Source of the DNA: Candidatus Aenigmatarchaeota archaeon
GTDB taxonomy: Archaea > Aenigmatarchaeota > Aenigmatarchaeia > CG10238-14 > SpSt-28
Assembly: GCA_025057985.1 (NCBI GenBank)
Contig: JANXEV010000003.1
Span: 1 to 61,100 of the forward strand
Reading direction: 5' to 3'
DNA length: 61,100 bases
The notes under the pieces are model-generated. The model had not been told where the DNA came from and made no database searches. It worked only from the letters and a program-made list of their open reading frames with translations. The position numbers and the translations under genes were made by a program. Each line of letters starts with the position of its first letter. The stretch's first letter is position 1. Positions 19,059 to 28,613 of this stretch are shown here, in pieces.

Positions 19059-19427
19059 ATGGAAATTTTTAAAACAGATGATTGGAAAAAAGAAAAACAT
19101 GTCCCAGTTATCGAAATCTTGGAGAACAAAGATGGTAAATTGTTAGTAAGAGTAATTGTTGGTAAAGATATACCACACCCAAATACAACAGAGCATCATA
19201 TTAGATATGTCGAGCTATTCTTCTTTCCGGAGAACGAACAATTTCCCTATAACATAGGAAGAGTAGATTTTAATTCCCATGGAGAATCTGTTAATGGTGC
19301 TAACACAAGCGAAATATATTCAGAACCAGTTGCGTATTTTGTTTTTAAAAATAGAAAGAAAGGAACTTTGTTAGCTTTTTCTTACTGTAATATTCATGGG
19401 CTTTGGAAAAGTGAAGAAAAAATTTAA
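19059..19427 (+). CDS. sor: Superoxide reductase (1Fe neelaredoxin type)
   Basis: EKHVP, HPNTTEHHI, YCNIHGLW iron ligands. Confidence 0.97.
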   Translation: MEIFKTDDWKKEKHVPVIEILENKDGKLLVRVIVGKDIPHPNTTEHHIRYVELFFFPENEQFPYNIGRVDFNSHGESVNGANTSEIYSEPVAYFVFKNRKKGTLLAFSYCNIHGLWKSEEKI

Positions 19428-19451
19428 AAAAATAAAAAGATGGGAAAGTGG

Positions 19452-20483
19452 CTATTTTAGTATTCCAAGACTTTTGTTAGTTAGCTCTATGCTTTTCCAC
19501 TTGTCTTTCTCTATTCCAGTTATAGCTCTAATGGCATCGATGTTTTCCGGAACGACATCAGCCTCTTGATGCACCACATGTATCCATCTACATATTTTTC
19601 CTTCAACAAAAATCGTGTCCTTCAACACTACTATTTCATATATGTCTCCTCTTGGTCTTATATAATCTCTGAATTTTTCTCTTATCATCGAAGTTGAAGG
19701 ATACTCCTTTCTACTTAGTAGAATAACTCTTGTCTGTTTTTCGAAAGCATCTATTATTTCATCCTTTTTCGCTTCTCTTTTCAATACAATCTCTACCATA
19801 TGTGTGTGTGCTAGTGTTGTAGGTACTTTCAGTGCCATAGAAAATATATTCAAATTTTTTAGCACAGTTTTTACGTCTTCTGCGTGATGTGATGGAACTT
19901 CTTCAAATTCTATCGCATCAATAGGGCCTTTTTTGTATTCCCAAGGATCGGCTGCCCTTCTTGCTATAAAAACGGAAGCTCTCTCTATACCGATTTTAGA
20001 ATCGACTGCATATAAAGTTCTTATCAGTCCAGTTGTGTTACAACTAGGCACTCTAACAAATTTTTTACCAAAGGCCTCTTCATAGTTAACCACTGAATTG
20101 AAAGTCATTTCTGCTACATCAGCTTCCTCTCCACCTTGAAATATCGCTTTTACATTGTATTTTGAATAAATCTTTTCTTTGTACTCTCTTCCTACACCTT
20201 CTGGAGTGCAATCTACTATTACATCTATTTCTCCTTTTTTTAACAATTCTTCAAGCGTACCGTTTACTATCATTCCTGCTTCTCTGAATTTTTTCAAAGA
20301 GTTCTCGTCTACAACCCATAGGTCAGTTCCATACAACATTCCTTGAGGCTCCAACGTCGTTTTTAGTACAGGATTTGGGTCATATCCTATTATCGCTTTC
20401 AACTTCATGTCCTTCTGAAGTTTTATTGCATGAGCGACTCTCTTTCCTATAGTTCCAACACCATTTACAGCTACGTTTATCAT
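19452..20483 (-). CDS. gap: Archaeal (type II) glyceraldehyde-3-phosphate dehydrogenase
   Basis: VNGVGTIGKRVA, FQGGE, VPSCNTTGL, RRAADP, VHQEADVVPENIDAIRA. Confidence 0.97.
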   Translation of the reverse strand: MINVAVNGVGTIGKRVAHAIKLQKDMKLKAIIGYDPNPVLKTTLEPQGMLYGTDLWVVDENSLKKFREAGMIVNGTLEELLKKGEIDVIVDCTPEGVGREYKEKIYSKYNVKAIFQGGEEADVAEMTFNSVVNYEEAFGKKFVRVPSCNTTGLIRTLYAVDSKIGIERASVFIARRAADPWEYKKGPIDAIEFEEVPSHHAEDVKTVLKNLNIFSMALKVPTTLAHTHMVEIVLKREAKKDEIIDAFEKQTRVILLSRKEYPSTSMIREKFRDYIRPRGDIYEIVVLKDTIFVEGKICRWIHVVHQEADVVPENIDAIRAITGIEKDKWKSIELTNKSLGILK

Positions 20484-20536
20484 AAATTTTAATTTATCGC
20501 TAGAATAAAAATTTTTAAACTTTTTGGAAAAAGATT

Positions 20537-21802
20537 TTATTCATATTTAAGTGCTTCCACAGGCTCTAGCTTTGCGGCTCTTCTAGCCGGGATTAAACCA
20601 GCTAAAACTCCAACACAAACTGCAAGGATTAGCGATATAGCTAAAATCTGTGGTGTCACTATGAGTTGAATGCTTTGATTTCTTTCCAATTCTACCGTTT
20701 GGTAAAACTCAGCGATCAACCTTCCAATCAAATCCGATAAAATTATACCGAATCCTATTCCTATTAATCCACCGATTAAACTTATTATTACCGACTCAAT
20801 TAAGAATAAAGTCATTATTTTTTTATTACTCATTCCTAAGGCTTTCAAAGTTCCTATAAGTTTTGTCCTTTCCATTACAGATGTAAACATAGTATTGGCG
20901 ATCCCTATCCCTCCAACTAATAAAGACACAGCTGCGATTATTGTTAAGAAAAATGTAGTAGTATCAGCAATGCTCATTACTTGTTCTCTTATAGATTGTG
21001 TTGATGTTACTGTAAAGTCTTGGTTTTTTTCAGAAACCTTTCTATGAATTCTTAACCTTTTTTCTATTTCCAATGCAATCTCATCGACTTTTTCGATGTC
21101 AGAAACTTTTACAACTATAGAGGAAATCTGATTATTGTGAATATTTAAAATTTTTTTCGCATCATCTTTCGTTATAAAAATTGTGGAATCTGTTATGACA
21201 CCAAGTATTCCAGAAGTTTGAAGTATACCCACCACTCTAAAAGATTGTCCATTTATCGTTATAACATCACCGACTTGTATTTCATTTTTAAATATCTTAT
21301 ATGCCACTCTGTAACCCAATACGACGACCCCTCTATCGTTTGATGTTAGATATCTTCCTTTTTCAAGCTTTGTTATTTCTATGTGTTTCCATACTGTTGC
21401 ATCAACACCTTGAATATTCAATGATATACTTTGCCCTTTGAATGTAACATTAGATCTACCGGAAATTATACCGTTCACATATGAAACCCCTGGTATACTT
21501 TTGATTATTCTAAGATCATTTTCTGTCAAAGGTCTTTCTTCACCACGAAAACCCCTTACTATTTGCATGTATCTCTCAAATTGATATTGCGCAGCTCTTG
21601 TATATCCAGGTGTTATGGTTATTATGTCTGGTCCTAAACCAGAAAGTTGTTGATTGATTCTATTTCTCATTCCTTCGCCAATAGAGTTTAAAGATATTAT
21701 GGCAGAGATACCTATAACTATACCTAGGATTGTTAACCAACTTCTCAGTTTTCTATGTGAAATGTTATTCAAGGCCAACCTAACTATGTCTTTAATTTTC
21801 AT
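20537..21802 (-). CDS. MacB/FtsX-like ABC permease
   Basis: RKLRSWLTILGIVIGI, VGGIGIANTMFTSVMERT, PARRAAKLEPVEAL. Confidence 0.95.
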   Translation of the reverse strand: MKIKDIVRLALNNISHRKLRSWLTILGIVIGISAIISLNSIGEGMRNRINQQLSGLGPDIITITPGYTRAAQYQFERYMQIVRGFRGEERPLTENDLRIIKSIPGVSYVNGIISGRSNVTFKGQSISLNIQGVDATVWKHIEITKLEKGRYLTSNDRGVVVLGYRVAYKIFKNEIQVGDVITINGQSFRVVGILQTSGILGVITDSTIFITKDDAKKILNIHNNQISSIVVKVSDIEKVDEIALEIEKRLRIHRKVSEKNQDFTVTSTQSIREQVMSIADTTTFFLTIIAAVSLLVGGIGIANTMFTSVMERTKLIGTLKALGMSNKKIMTLFLIESVIISLIGGLIGIGFGIILSDLIGRLIAEFYQTVELERNQSIQLIVTPQILAISLILAVCVGVLAGLIPARRAAKLEPVEALKYE

Positions 21803-23022
21803 TTTTTCCTTCCTTTCTTACCAATTTTTAGAAATACAAATACGAGGATTATCAAAACAAGTCCGATAATATAATTGATGTACTTTTGGAAAAAAGATTT
21901 TTGGTTTTTTTGATAGATTTTTGATGTAGCAGTAGATTCCTCTCTTAAAAGATTAAATAGATTTATATCGATTTGTTTTTCAACTTTAACCCTCTCACCG
22001 TTTTCATTTGTGTAGTAAATGTTAAGAATAAGATTATTTTCATTAAAGTCACTAGTTTTGTTGAAAGTATTGTCGATTGGGTGTAGATTAAATGATACTG
22101 ATGTGTAATCGCCAGGATTTATATTTCCTATAAAGGCGGATCTTTCAAGGGAATATAGGTTTTTTTGTGGAGGTACTTCGATAGAAACACTGTATGCAGT
22201 GGTTAGGCCAATATTTCCAACGGTTAATGTTAGTAGATTTCCACTAATTTCTTGAACTGAAACAAAAAAATCTACATTTTCAGCTACTTTAATACCAAAT
22301 GTAGAGTTTGTGATATATTTGGAATTTGTAGCATCACTATATTCAAACCTTACTAAAATTGGGTAAGTCCCAGGTGTAACGGATGATGTGGTAGAGATGT
22401 TCATCGATATGATCTTTTCTTCTTTAGGCGACATTTTTTGTATATACTGTTTGTTGTCAGAGTCTATTATAAAAATCGAGTTAGACGGATCATAAATAGA
22501 AACCAAAATATTATAAGCGTCAGATAGACCACGGTTTGATAACGTAAGGTAAAGTGTCGCTTTTTCACCTACTTTTAAACTAGAAGGAGAAACCAAACCA
22601 ACCTTTATAATCGGTGGATTGTATACATTGATTAATGCATATTGATAAGTTTCTTTACAGGTAAATTGATGGCAATATTCTATTTTTATTTTGACTTTGT
22701 AAAGACCACTTGGGGTTAGAGTTGGTACGAAATACTTTATTAAAAGCGTTGTGGAGTCTCCTGGCGCTAAACTCCCTAAATTAAAATCGTCTTTATTTAT
22801 TTCAATCCCAGAGTCAAAACCAATGATTTGTATTTTTATATTTTGTGCATAATCATTACCAGTATTTCTTAAATTTATTGATATGTATCCATCACTTCCA
22901 GGTAATGTGTTTATAGGATTGGGTAAGATGTTTGTTGTAACTATCGGAGTCGGTTGAGCAAAAGAGATACATGTTGAGAAAATACAAAGGACTAAAATCA
23001 ACAAAAAATTATTTTTTTCCAT
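21799..23022 (-). CDS. COG1361-type exported Ig-like (S-layer domain) protein with C-terminal anchor
   Basis: Signal peptide, repeated beta-rich modules (LRNTGNDYA, LSNRGLSDA, VGNIGLTTA), terminal TM plus basic tail; lies between ABC genes. Confidence 0.85.
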   Translation of the reverse strand: MEKNNFLLILVLCIFSTCISFAQPTPIVTTNILPNPINTLPGSDGYISINLRNTGNDYAQNIKIQIIGFDSGIEINKDDFNLGSLAPGDSTTLLIKYFVPTLTPSGLYKVKIKIEYCHQFTCKETYQYALINVYNPPIIKVGLVSPSSLKVGEKATLYLTLSNRGLSDAYNILVSIYDPSNSIFIIDSDNKQYIQKMSPKEEKIISMNISTTSSVTPGTYPILVRFEYSDATNSKYITNSTFGIKVAENVDFFVSVQEISGNLLTLTVGNIGLTTAYSVSIEVPPQKNLYSLERSAFIGNINPGDYTSVSFNLHPIDNTFNKTSDFNENNLILNIYYTNENGERVKVEKQIDINLFNLLREESTATSKIYQKNQKSFFQKYINYIIGLVLIILVFVFLKIGKKGRKK

Positions 23023-23710
23023 TATCTTTCACCTCTACTATTTTACCATCCCTTATTTTAATTATTTTTTCAAAATATTTTGTTAATTCCAAATTGTGTG
23101 TTACAACGATTATGGTTTTATTGTGTTTTTCGTTTAGATGTTTAAATGTTTTTATGATTTCTTCACCACTCTTGGAGTCTAAATTTCCTGTTGGTTCGTC
23201 TGCCAATATATACCTAGGATCATTAGCCATGGCTCTAGCTATTGCAACTTTTTGTCTTTGTCCGCCGGAGAGTTGTGATGGTAGGTGATTCTTAAATTTC
23301 AATAATCCAACTTCATCTAAAAGTTTTTCAGCCCTTTCTCTTCTCTCATTTTCATCCAAACCACTAATCATCATTGGCAATTCCACGTTTTCTAAAGCCG
23401 TGAGTGTTGGATAAAGATTGAAAAACTGGAAAACGAATCCGATTTTCTTGTTTCTTAACAATGCTATCTCTTCATCTCTTAACTTTGATATTCTTTCCCC
23501 ATCTATGTAAACTTCTCCTGTGGTCGGTTTGTCTAGAACACCCATTATGTGGAGCAAAGTCGATTTCCCTGATCCAGAAGGGCCAATGATAGAGACAAAC
23601 TCACCTTTATATATTTTTAAATTAACCCTATCTAAAGCCTTAACTTCTTCATCCCCCACTTTATAAATTTTAGAAACGTTTTTTAATTCGATAACAGGTT
23701 TTTTGTCCAT
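23009..23710 (-). CDS. LolD/MacB-type ABC ATPase
   Basis: GPSGSGKST, LSGGQRQ, ILADEPTGNLD, VVTH. Confidence 0.97.
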   Translation of the reverse strand: MDKKPVIELKNVSKIYKVGDEEVKALDRVNLKIYKGEFVSIIGPSGSGKSTLLHIMGVLDKPTTGEVYIDGERISKLRDEEIALLRNKKIGFVFQFFNLYPTLTALENVELPMMISGLDENERRERAEKLLDEVGLLKFKNHLPSQLSGGQRQKVAIARAMANDPRYILADEPTGNLDSKSGEEIIKTFKHLNEKHNKTIIVVTHNLELTKYFEKIIKIRDGKIVEVKDNGKK

Positions 23711-23737
23711 TTAATTATTGAAATTAAAAAAATATTT

Positions 23738-24601
23738 ATGGAAAATGTTAGTTACGTTTCCGAGAAGATTTTGAAGGAAGTTTACCCTGAAAGAAAAGAC
23801 TGGTGTCATAAATACGACTTCGGTAGTTTATTGGTAATCGGTGGAAGTAAAATTTACTCCGGATCACCTACTTTCAATGCCCTTGCAGCCTACAGAGCTG
23901 GTGTAGATTTAGTCACAGTAGTTGCCCCAAGAAGGGCGGCTGATATAGTTGCTAGCTTTAAACCAGACTTGATAACTTATCCTTTGGATTGCGATTTCTT
24001 CACGAGAAACAACCTAAAAGAAGTGTTGGAACTTACTAAAAACAAAACGGCTGTAGTTATTGGTGGAGGCATGACAAGAAGAGAAGAAGTTTTAGATTTT
24101 ATATTAGAGTTTCTAAAAGAAGTAGACATACCATGTGTTATAGACGCAGATGCTATTCATGCTGTTGCCAAAAATTTGGAAATTTTAGAGGGAAAAAAAT
24201 TTATTCTCACTCCACATTCGTATGAATTTTTTGTGTTGAGTGGAAAGAAAGTTTCGGACAACTTGGATGAGAGAATATCTTTTGTTAAAGAATTTTGCCA
24301 GAGATATAAAACTACTGTCTTGTTAAAAGGTCATGTAGATGTTATTTGTGACGATAGGGAGATATATTTAAACAAAACAGGATCTAAAGCTATGACAAAA
24401 GGTGGTTTAGGAGATACTTTAGCCGGAATAGCTGGTGCCATTTTAGCTAGAGGAGTCACACCAGTTAAAACGGCATGCGCTGCAGCATATATAAACGGGT
24501 TAGCTGGTGAGTTGGCTGCTAAAAAATATAGCGAAGGTATAATGGCTAGTGATTTGATTGAAGAAATTCCTAACGTGATAAAGAGAGTTAGAAAGTATTA
24601 A
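23738..24601 (+). CDS. nnrD: ADP-dependent NAD(P)H-hydrate dehydratase (stand-alone YjeF-C)
   Basis: HKYDFGSLLVIGGS, VIDADA, LTPHSYE, KGGLGDTLAG. Confidence 0.93.
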   Translation: MENVSYVSEKILKEVYPERKDWCHKYDFGSLLVIGGSKIYSGSPTFNALAAYRAGVDLVTVVAPRRAADIVASFKPDLITYPLDCDFFTRNNLKEVLELTKNKTAVVIGGGMTRREEVLDFILEFLKEVDIPCVIDADAIHAVAKNLEILEGKKFILTPHSYEFFVLSGKKVSDNLDERISFVKEFCQRYKTTVLLKGHVDVICDDREIYLNKTGSKAMTKGGLGDTLAGIAGAILARGVTPVKTACAAAYINGLAGELAAKKYSEGIMASDLIEEIPNVIKRVRKY

Positions 24602-24623
24602 AATAGGAGAGATATAGATTTTA

Positions 24624-24812
24624 ATGGTAGAGATAAGTGTAGACAAAAAGAAATGTATTGGTTGTAATCTTTGTGTTTCGATGCTACCGGAAGTTTTTGA
24701 GTTAGATACCAACGGAAAATCTGTGGTAAAAAATCCGAGTGGAGCTCCAGTAGAAAAAATAATAGAAATTTCTGAGATGTGTCCAACTAGGGCGATTAAA
24801 GTAAAAAAATAA
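24624..24812 (+). CDS. fdx: Monocluster ferredoxin
   Basis: CIGCNLC ... CPTRAI. Confidence 0.93.
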   Translation: MVEISVDKKKCIGCNLCVSMLPEVFELDTNGKSVVKNPSGAPVEKIIEISEMCPTRAIKVKK

Positions 24813-24830
24813 AAATCAAAAATCAATAGA

Positions 24831-25760
24831 ATGTTAATGAATATTAAAGACTTGGAAAATTTTGAAAGTGTAAGAAAAATGTTAGGAGAGTTAAATCTAC
24901 TCACTAGAAGTGTAAACACAAAGTTAACTTATTTGAAGGGTTTGAAAAAGTTTGTTGAATATAAGAAAATACAAAATCTGGACGAATTTTTAAACGAAGT
25001 CAGAGAAAAACAAAATCAAAACGAAATATACAAGGAGTATGCATTGTATTTGGCCGGTTTGAACTTAGCTCCTAAGTCTGTTGCGTCTTGGATCTCAGCC
25101 TTAAAAAAATATTTTTCAGCTAATGGTTTAAAGATTGACATCGACATTCCTATAAAAATTTTTAATGTTCATGAAGATACTTTACCATCGAGGGAAGAAT
25201 TAAAAAACATAATAAATGACAGTGATTTAAGACTAAAAGCTATGATTCTTCTTTTAGCTTCAAGTGGTATGCGAGTAGGAGAATTGCATAGACTAAAAAT
25301 TGGTGACATAGATCTATCGAAGGAAATACCGACTGTAAGGATAAGAGGATTAGAGGCCAAGGAACGAAAATCAAGAATAACTTTTATCACACCGGAGGCC
25401 AAGAAATTTTTGATCGAATATTTGGAGAAGAGGAAAAGTTTGGGAGAGGAATTAAATGAAAATTCTCCTATCACTGCAAATGAAAGAGGTGCACAAATGA
25501 GTTATCAAAATTTAGAGTATTTGTTGGAAAAAGCTTTCAAAAAATATGCTAAGAAAATAGGGAAAAGATATAACCTACATGCTCATGCTCTTCGGAAGTG
25601 GTTTAAAACACAATTGATTTCTGCAGGGGTTCCAGCGCCAATAGTTGACAGATTAATGGGCCATCAAAGATATTTGGCCAGGGAATACGAGCTTTATACC
25701 GAAGATCAATTGAGAGATTGGTATTCTAAAGGAATGAAGGCTTTGTTTATATTAGAATAG
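24831..25760 (+). CDS. xerA: Tyrosine recombinase, probably XerA
   Basis: Catalytic set present (SSGMR, HALR, MGH, Tyr in EYELY). Housekeeping neighbours and no att sites. A dif-like site lies at 43792. Confidence 0.75.
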   Translation: MLMNIKDLENFESVRKMLGELNLLTRSVNTKLTYLKGLKKFVEYKKIQNLDEFLNEVREKQNQNEIYKEYALYLAGLNLAPKSVASWISALKKYFSANGLKIDIDIPIKIFNVHEDTLPSREELKNIINDSDLRLKAMILLLASSGMRVGELHRLKIGDIDLSKEIPTVRIRGLEAKERKSRITFITPEAKKFLIEYLEKRKSLGEELNENSPITANERGAQMSYQNLEYLLEKAFKKYAKKIGKRYNLHAHALRKWFKTQLISAGVPAPIVDRLMGHQRYLAREYELYTEDQLRDWYSKGMKALFILE

Positions 25761-25763
25761 GTT

Positions 25764-26063
25764 TTAGATTTTTCTCTTGAGTTTAGAAAGTTTGGTAAGA
25801 ACAACGTCAAAACTTCTCGCTAGGTCTTCTCCCAAATCAGTCAACTTCGCAACTTTTATTCTCCCCTTTTCTTCAAACTCTATCAAGCCTAGTTCGTTCA
25901 AAAGATCAAGAATTTTTATCGTGTGAGAATAAGTTAGGTCTACCGATTTTGAAATCATTGTTATATTTTTGGGTCCTTCCCTTAGAGTTACGAGAAGTTT
26001 GGTTGGTTTAAAACGGAGAAATATCTTATGTGGATATTCTTCCTTCATAGAGTAATTTTTCAA
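25764..26063 (-). CDS. Winged-helix DNA-binding protein
   Basis: ISKSVDLTYSHTIKILDLL...GLIEFEEKGRIKVAKLTDLG. Confidence 0.85.
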   Translation of the reverse strand: MKNYSMKEEYPHKIFLRFKPTKLLVTLREGPKNITMISKSVDLTYSHTIKILDLLNELGLIEFEEKGRIKVAKLTDLGEDLARSFDVVLTKLSKLKRKI

Positions 26064-26097
26064 GGCTATTTAAATATTATTCATTTCTAAAACTTTT

Positions 26098-27765
26098 ATG
26101 GACGAGAATATAGAGAAAATCTTGTTAAAGTATGCTTTGTTAAACGCGAAGAAGTTTGGTAAAGCGAGTGAAGATGCTGTAATCAAGAAGGTTTTTCAAG
26201 AGAGGCCAGATTTAAAGAAGGAAGTGAAAAGTATCCTACCTTTAGTTAGGGATGTTGTAGAAAGAGTAAATTTGATGAGTTCAGAAGATATAGAGAGAAA
26301 AATAGAGGAAATGGGGATAGAAGAGTTAAAGAGAGAGGAAAAAGTTGAAATTCTACCACCTTTAATAGGTGCGGAAGAAGGAAAAGTTGTGATGAGGTTG
26401 GCACCCTTCCCTTCTGGACCGCTACATATAGGAAATGCAAGGATGGTTATTTTAAACGAGTATTATATTAGGAGATATAAAGGAAAATTGATTTTATTTT
26501 TTGACGACACTATTGGAAGTGAAGAAAAACCGATAGATCCACAAGCTTACGATTTGATTAAGGATGGCCTAGAATGGTTAGGTGTTAAGTATGATGAAGT
26601 TTATTACAAGTCTGATAGGTTAGAGATTTATTATGAGTATGCTCGAAAATTGATAGAGGTTGATAAAGCGTATGTCTGCACTTGTTCTAAAGAAGAAATA
26701 AGAGAAAATAGGAGAATTGGGGTCGAATGTTCTTGCAGAAGCAGAAAGCCTAAAGAAAATTTGATTTTGTTTGAAAAAATGTTAAAAGGAGAATTTAGAG
26801 AGGGAGAAGCGGTTGTTAGATTGAAAACCGATATGAAACATCCTAATCCAGCTTTTAGGGACAGAGTTTTGTTAAGAATTTCAGAAAGAGAACATCCTAG
26901 GGTCGGTAAGAGATATAAAGTTTGGCCTATGTTAGAGTTTTCTTGGGCGATAGATGACCATTTGATTGGAGTTACACATATTTTAAGGGGGAAGGAATTA
27001 GTTATTGAGGATATGATGGAAGAGTTTATATGGGATATTTTTGGTTGGAGTAAACCTAAATTTATACATTATGGTTTGTTAAAGTTAGATGAAGAAGGAG
27101 CAAAACTTAGTAAATCTAAAAGTAGGAAAATGATCCAAGAGGGTAGTCTAAAGGGATGGGATGATCCAAGAACATGGAGTTTACAATCTCTTAGGAAAAG
27201 AGGAATACAACCGCAAGCGATAAGAAACTTTATTCTAAATTTGGGTTTAAGTGAGGCAGACATCACAGTTCCTATTGAAATTCTTTATGCGGAAAATAGA
27301 AAATTGATAGACGGAATCGCCAACAGATATTTTGCAGTTTTAAATCCTGTTAGAATCAGTCTAGATAAAAGTGTAGAGAAAATAAAAATTAAATATCATC
27401 CAGACCATCCAGAAAGAGGGGAAAGAGAAATACCTCTGGATAAAGACGAGATATATGTAGAAAGGGAAGATTTTGAAAAATTTAAGGGTAAAGAGGTGGC
27501 TTTAATAGGAGCTTTTACTGTTTTGTTAGGAGAGAGATCTAATGTTTTAAGACAGGAAGTACCATACGAAGTACCAAAGATACATTGGGTTTCCAGACCT
27601 TTCTTGAAAATAAAAATTATTATGCCGAATGGTAAAGAAATAGATGGAATTGGTGAAAAAGGTTTGGAAAAGCTAAACGAGGGAGATATAGTTCAATTCT
27701 ACAGGATCGGTTTTTGTAGGTTAGATAACAAAAAAGATTTGGTTTTCTATTTTTCACACAAATAG
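26098..27765 (+). CDS. gltX: Glutamate--tRNA ligase (archaeal type)
   Basis: RLAPFPSGPLHIGN, THILRGKE, KLSKS, GWDDPR, VQFYRIGF. Confidence 0.98.
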   Translation: MDENIEKILLKYALLNAKKFGKASEDAVIKKVFQERPDLKKEVKSILPLVRDVVERVNLMSSEDIERKIEEMGIEELKREEKVEILPPLIGAEEGKVVMRLAPFPSGPLHIGNARMVILNEYYIRRYKGKLILFFDDTIGSEEKPIDPQAYDLIKDGLEWLGVKYDEVYYKSDRLEIYYEYARKLIEVDKAYVCTCSKEEIRENRRIGVECSCRSRKPKENLILFEKMLKGEFREGEAVVRLKTDMKHPNPAFRDRVLLRISEREHPRVGKRYKVWPMLEFSWAIDDHLIGVTHILRGKELVIEDMMEEFIWDIFGWSKPKFIHYGLLKLDEEGAKLSKSKSRKMIQEGSLKGWDDPRTWSLQSLRKRGIQPQAIRNFILNLGLSEADITVPIEILYAENRKLIDGIANRYFAVLNPVRISLDKSVEKIKIKYHPDHPERGEREIPLDKDEIYVEREDFEKFKGKEVALIGAFTVLLGERSNVLRQEVPYEVPKIHWVSRPFLKIKIIMPNGKEIDGIGEKGLEKLNEGDIVQFYRIGFCRLDNKKDLVFYFSHK

Positions 27766-27824
27766 AAGGTTTAAAAACTTAAAATTTGATAAAATAAAAT
27801 ACAAATGATCGAAGAGGTGATGAT

Positions 27825-28193
27825 ATGGCAAAATCGTATGTGAAATTTAACGTGCCTGAGGAATTAATGAGAAAGACTTTGCAGTTAATCGAGATAGCAA
27901 AAAATACAGGTAAAATTAAAAAAGGTACCAACGAAACTACAAAAGCTGTGGATAGAGGTGAGGCAAAACTAGCGATAATCGCGATGGACGTAGAGCCAGA
28001 AGAAATTGTTATGCACATACCAGTTCTATGTGAGGAAAAAGGAATACCGTATACCTATGTTCAGTCAAAACAAGAGCTTGGGAAAGCTGCTGGTATAGAA
28101 GTTAGTTCGGCTTCTGTTGCTATTATAAATCCTGGTGAAGGAAGTAAACTCCTAGAGGAGATAGTTAGAGAAATTCAAAAATTAAAAAAGTGA
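27825..28193 (+). CDS. rpl7ae: Ribosomal protein eL8/L7Ae
   Basis: [38 protein letters not shown]. Confidence 0.98.
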   Translation: MAKSYVKFNVPEELMRKTLQLIEIAKNTGKIKKGTNETTKAVDRGEAKLAIIAMDVEPEEIVMHIPVLCEEKGIPYTYVQSKQELGKAAGIEVSSASVAIINPGEGSKLLEEIVREIQKLKK

Positions 28194-28198
28194 GTTAG

Positions 28199-28408
28199 AT
28201 GGCAAAGGATGCCTATCCAGCCGAAGTTTTAGAAATTCTTGGAACTTCCGGGGTTAAAGGCGTGAGACAAGTTAGATGTAAGTTGTTAGAAGGGCCGGAA
28301 AAGGGTAAAATTTTAATAAGAAACGTTGTCGGTCCCGTTAGAGTCGGGGATATATTAATGTTAAGAGAAATAGAGATGGAAGTTGCAATGAGGTTAGAAC
28401 AAAGGTGA
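28199..28408 (+). CDS. rps28e: Ribosomal protein eS28
   Basis: [24 protein letters not shown]. Confidence 0.96.
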   Translation: MAKDAYPAEVLEILGTSGVKGVRQVRCKLLEGPEKGKILIRNVVGPVRVGDILMLREIEMEVAMRLEQR

Positions 28409-28413
28409 GTTAA

Positions 28414-28575
28414 GTGAAATGTAGTTTTTGTAATGCAGAAATAGTAGAAGGTACTGGTAAGATTTTTGTGAAGAATTCGGGAGAAATACTTTACTTTTGT
28501 TGCAGGAAATGTGAAAGATACTATACCATGGGTAGAAAGAGAGAAAAACTTAAATGGGTAAGAAAAAATCAATAA
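28414..28575 (+). CDS. rpl24e: Ribosomal protein eL24 (53 aa, missing from the ORF track)
   Basis: GTG start; hand translation MKCSFCNAEIVEGTGKIFVKNSGEILYFCCRKCERYYTMGRKREKLKWVRKNQ. Confidence 0.96.
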   Translation: MKCSFCNAEIVEGTGKIFVKNSGEILYFCCRKCERYYTMGRKREKLKWVRKNQ

Positions 28576-28613
28576 GGTAAAAACACACTTCGTTTAAAAA
28601 GGAGGTAGATTTT

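Noticed and set aside
24831-26063. Provirus or integrated plasmid around the recombinase
   Set aside because: Flanked directly by ferredoxin and gltX; no att repeats, tRNA target, or viral or replication genes.
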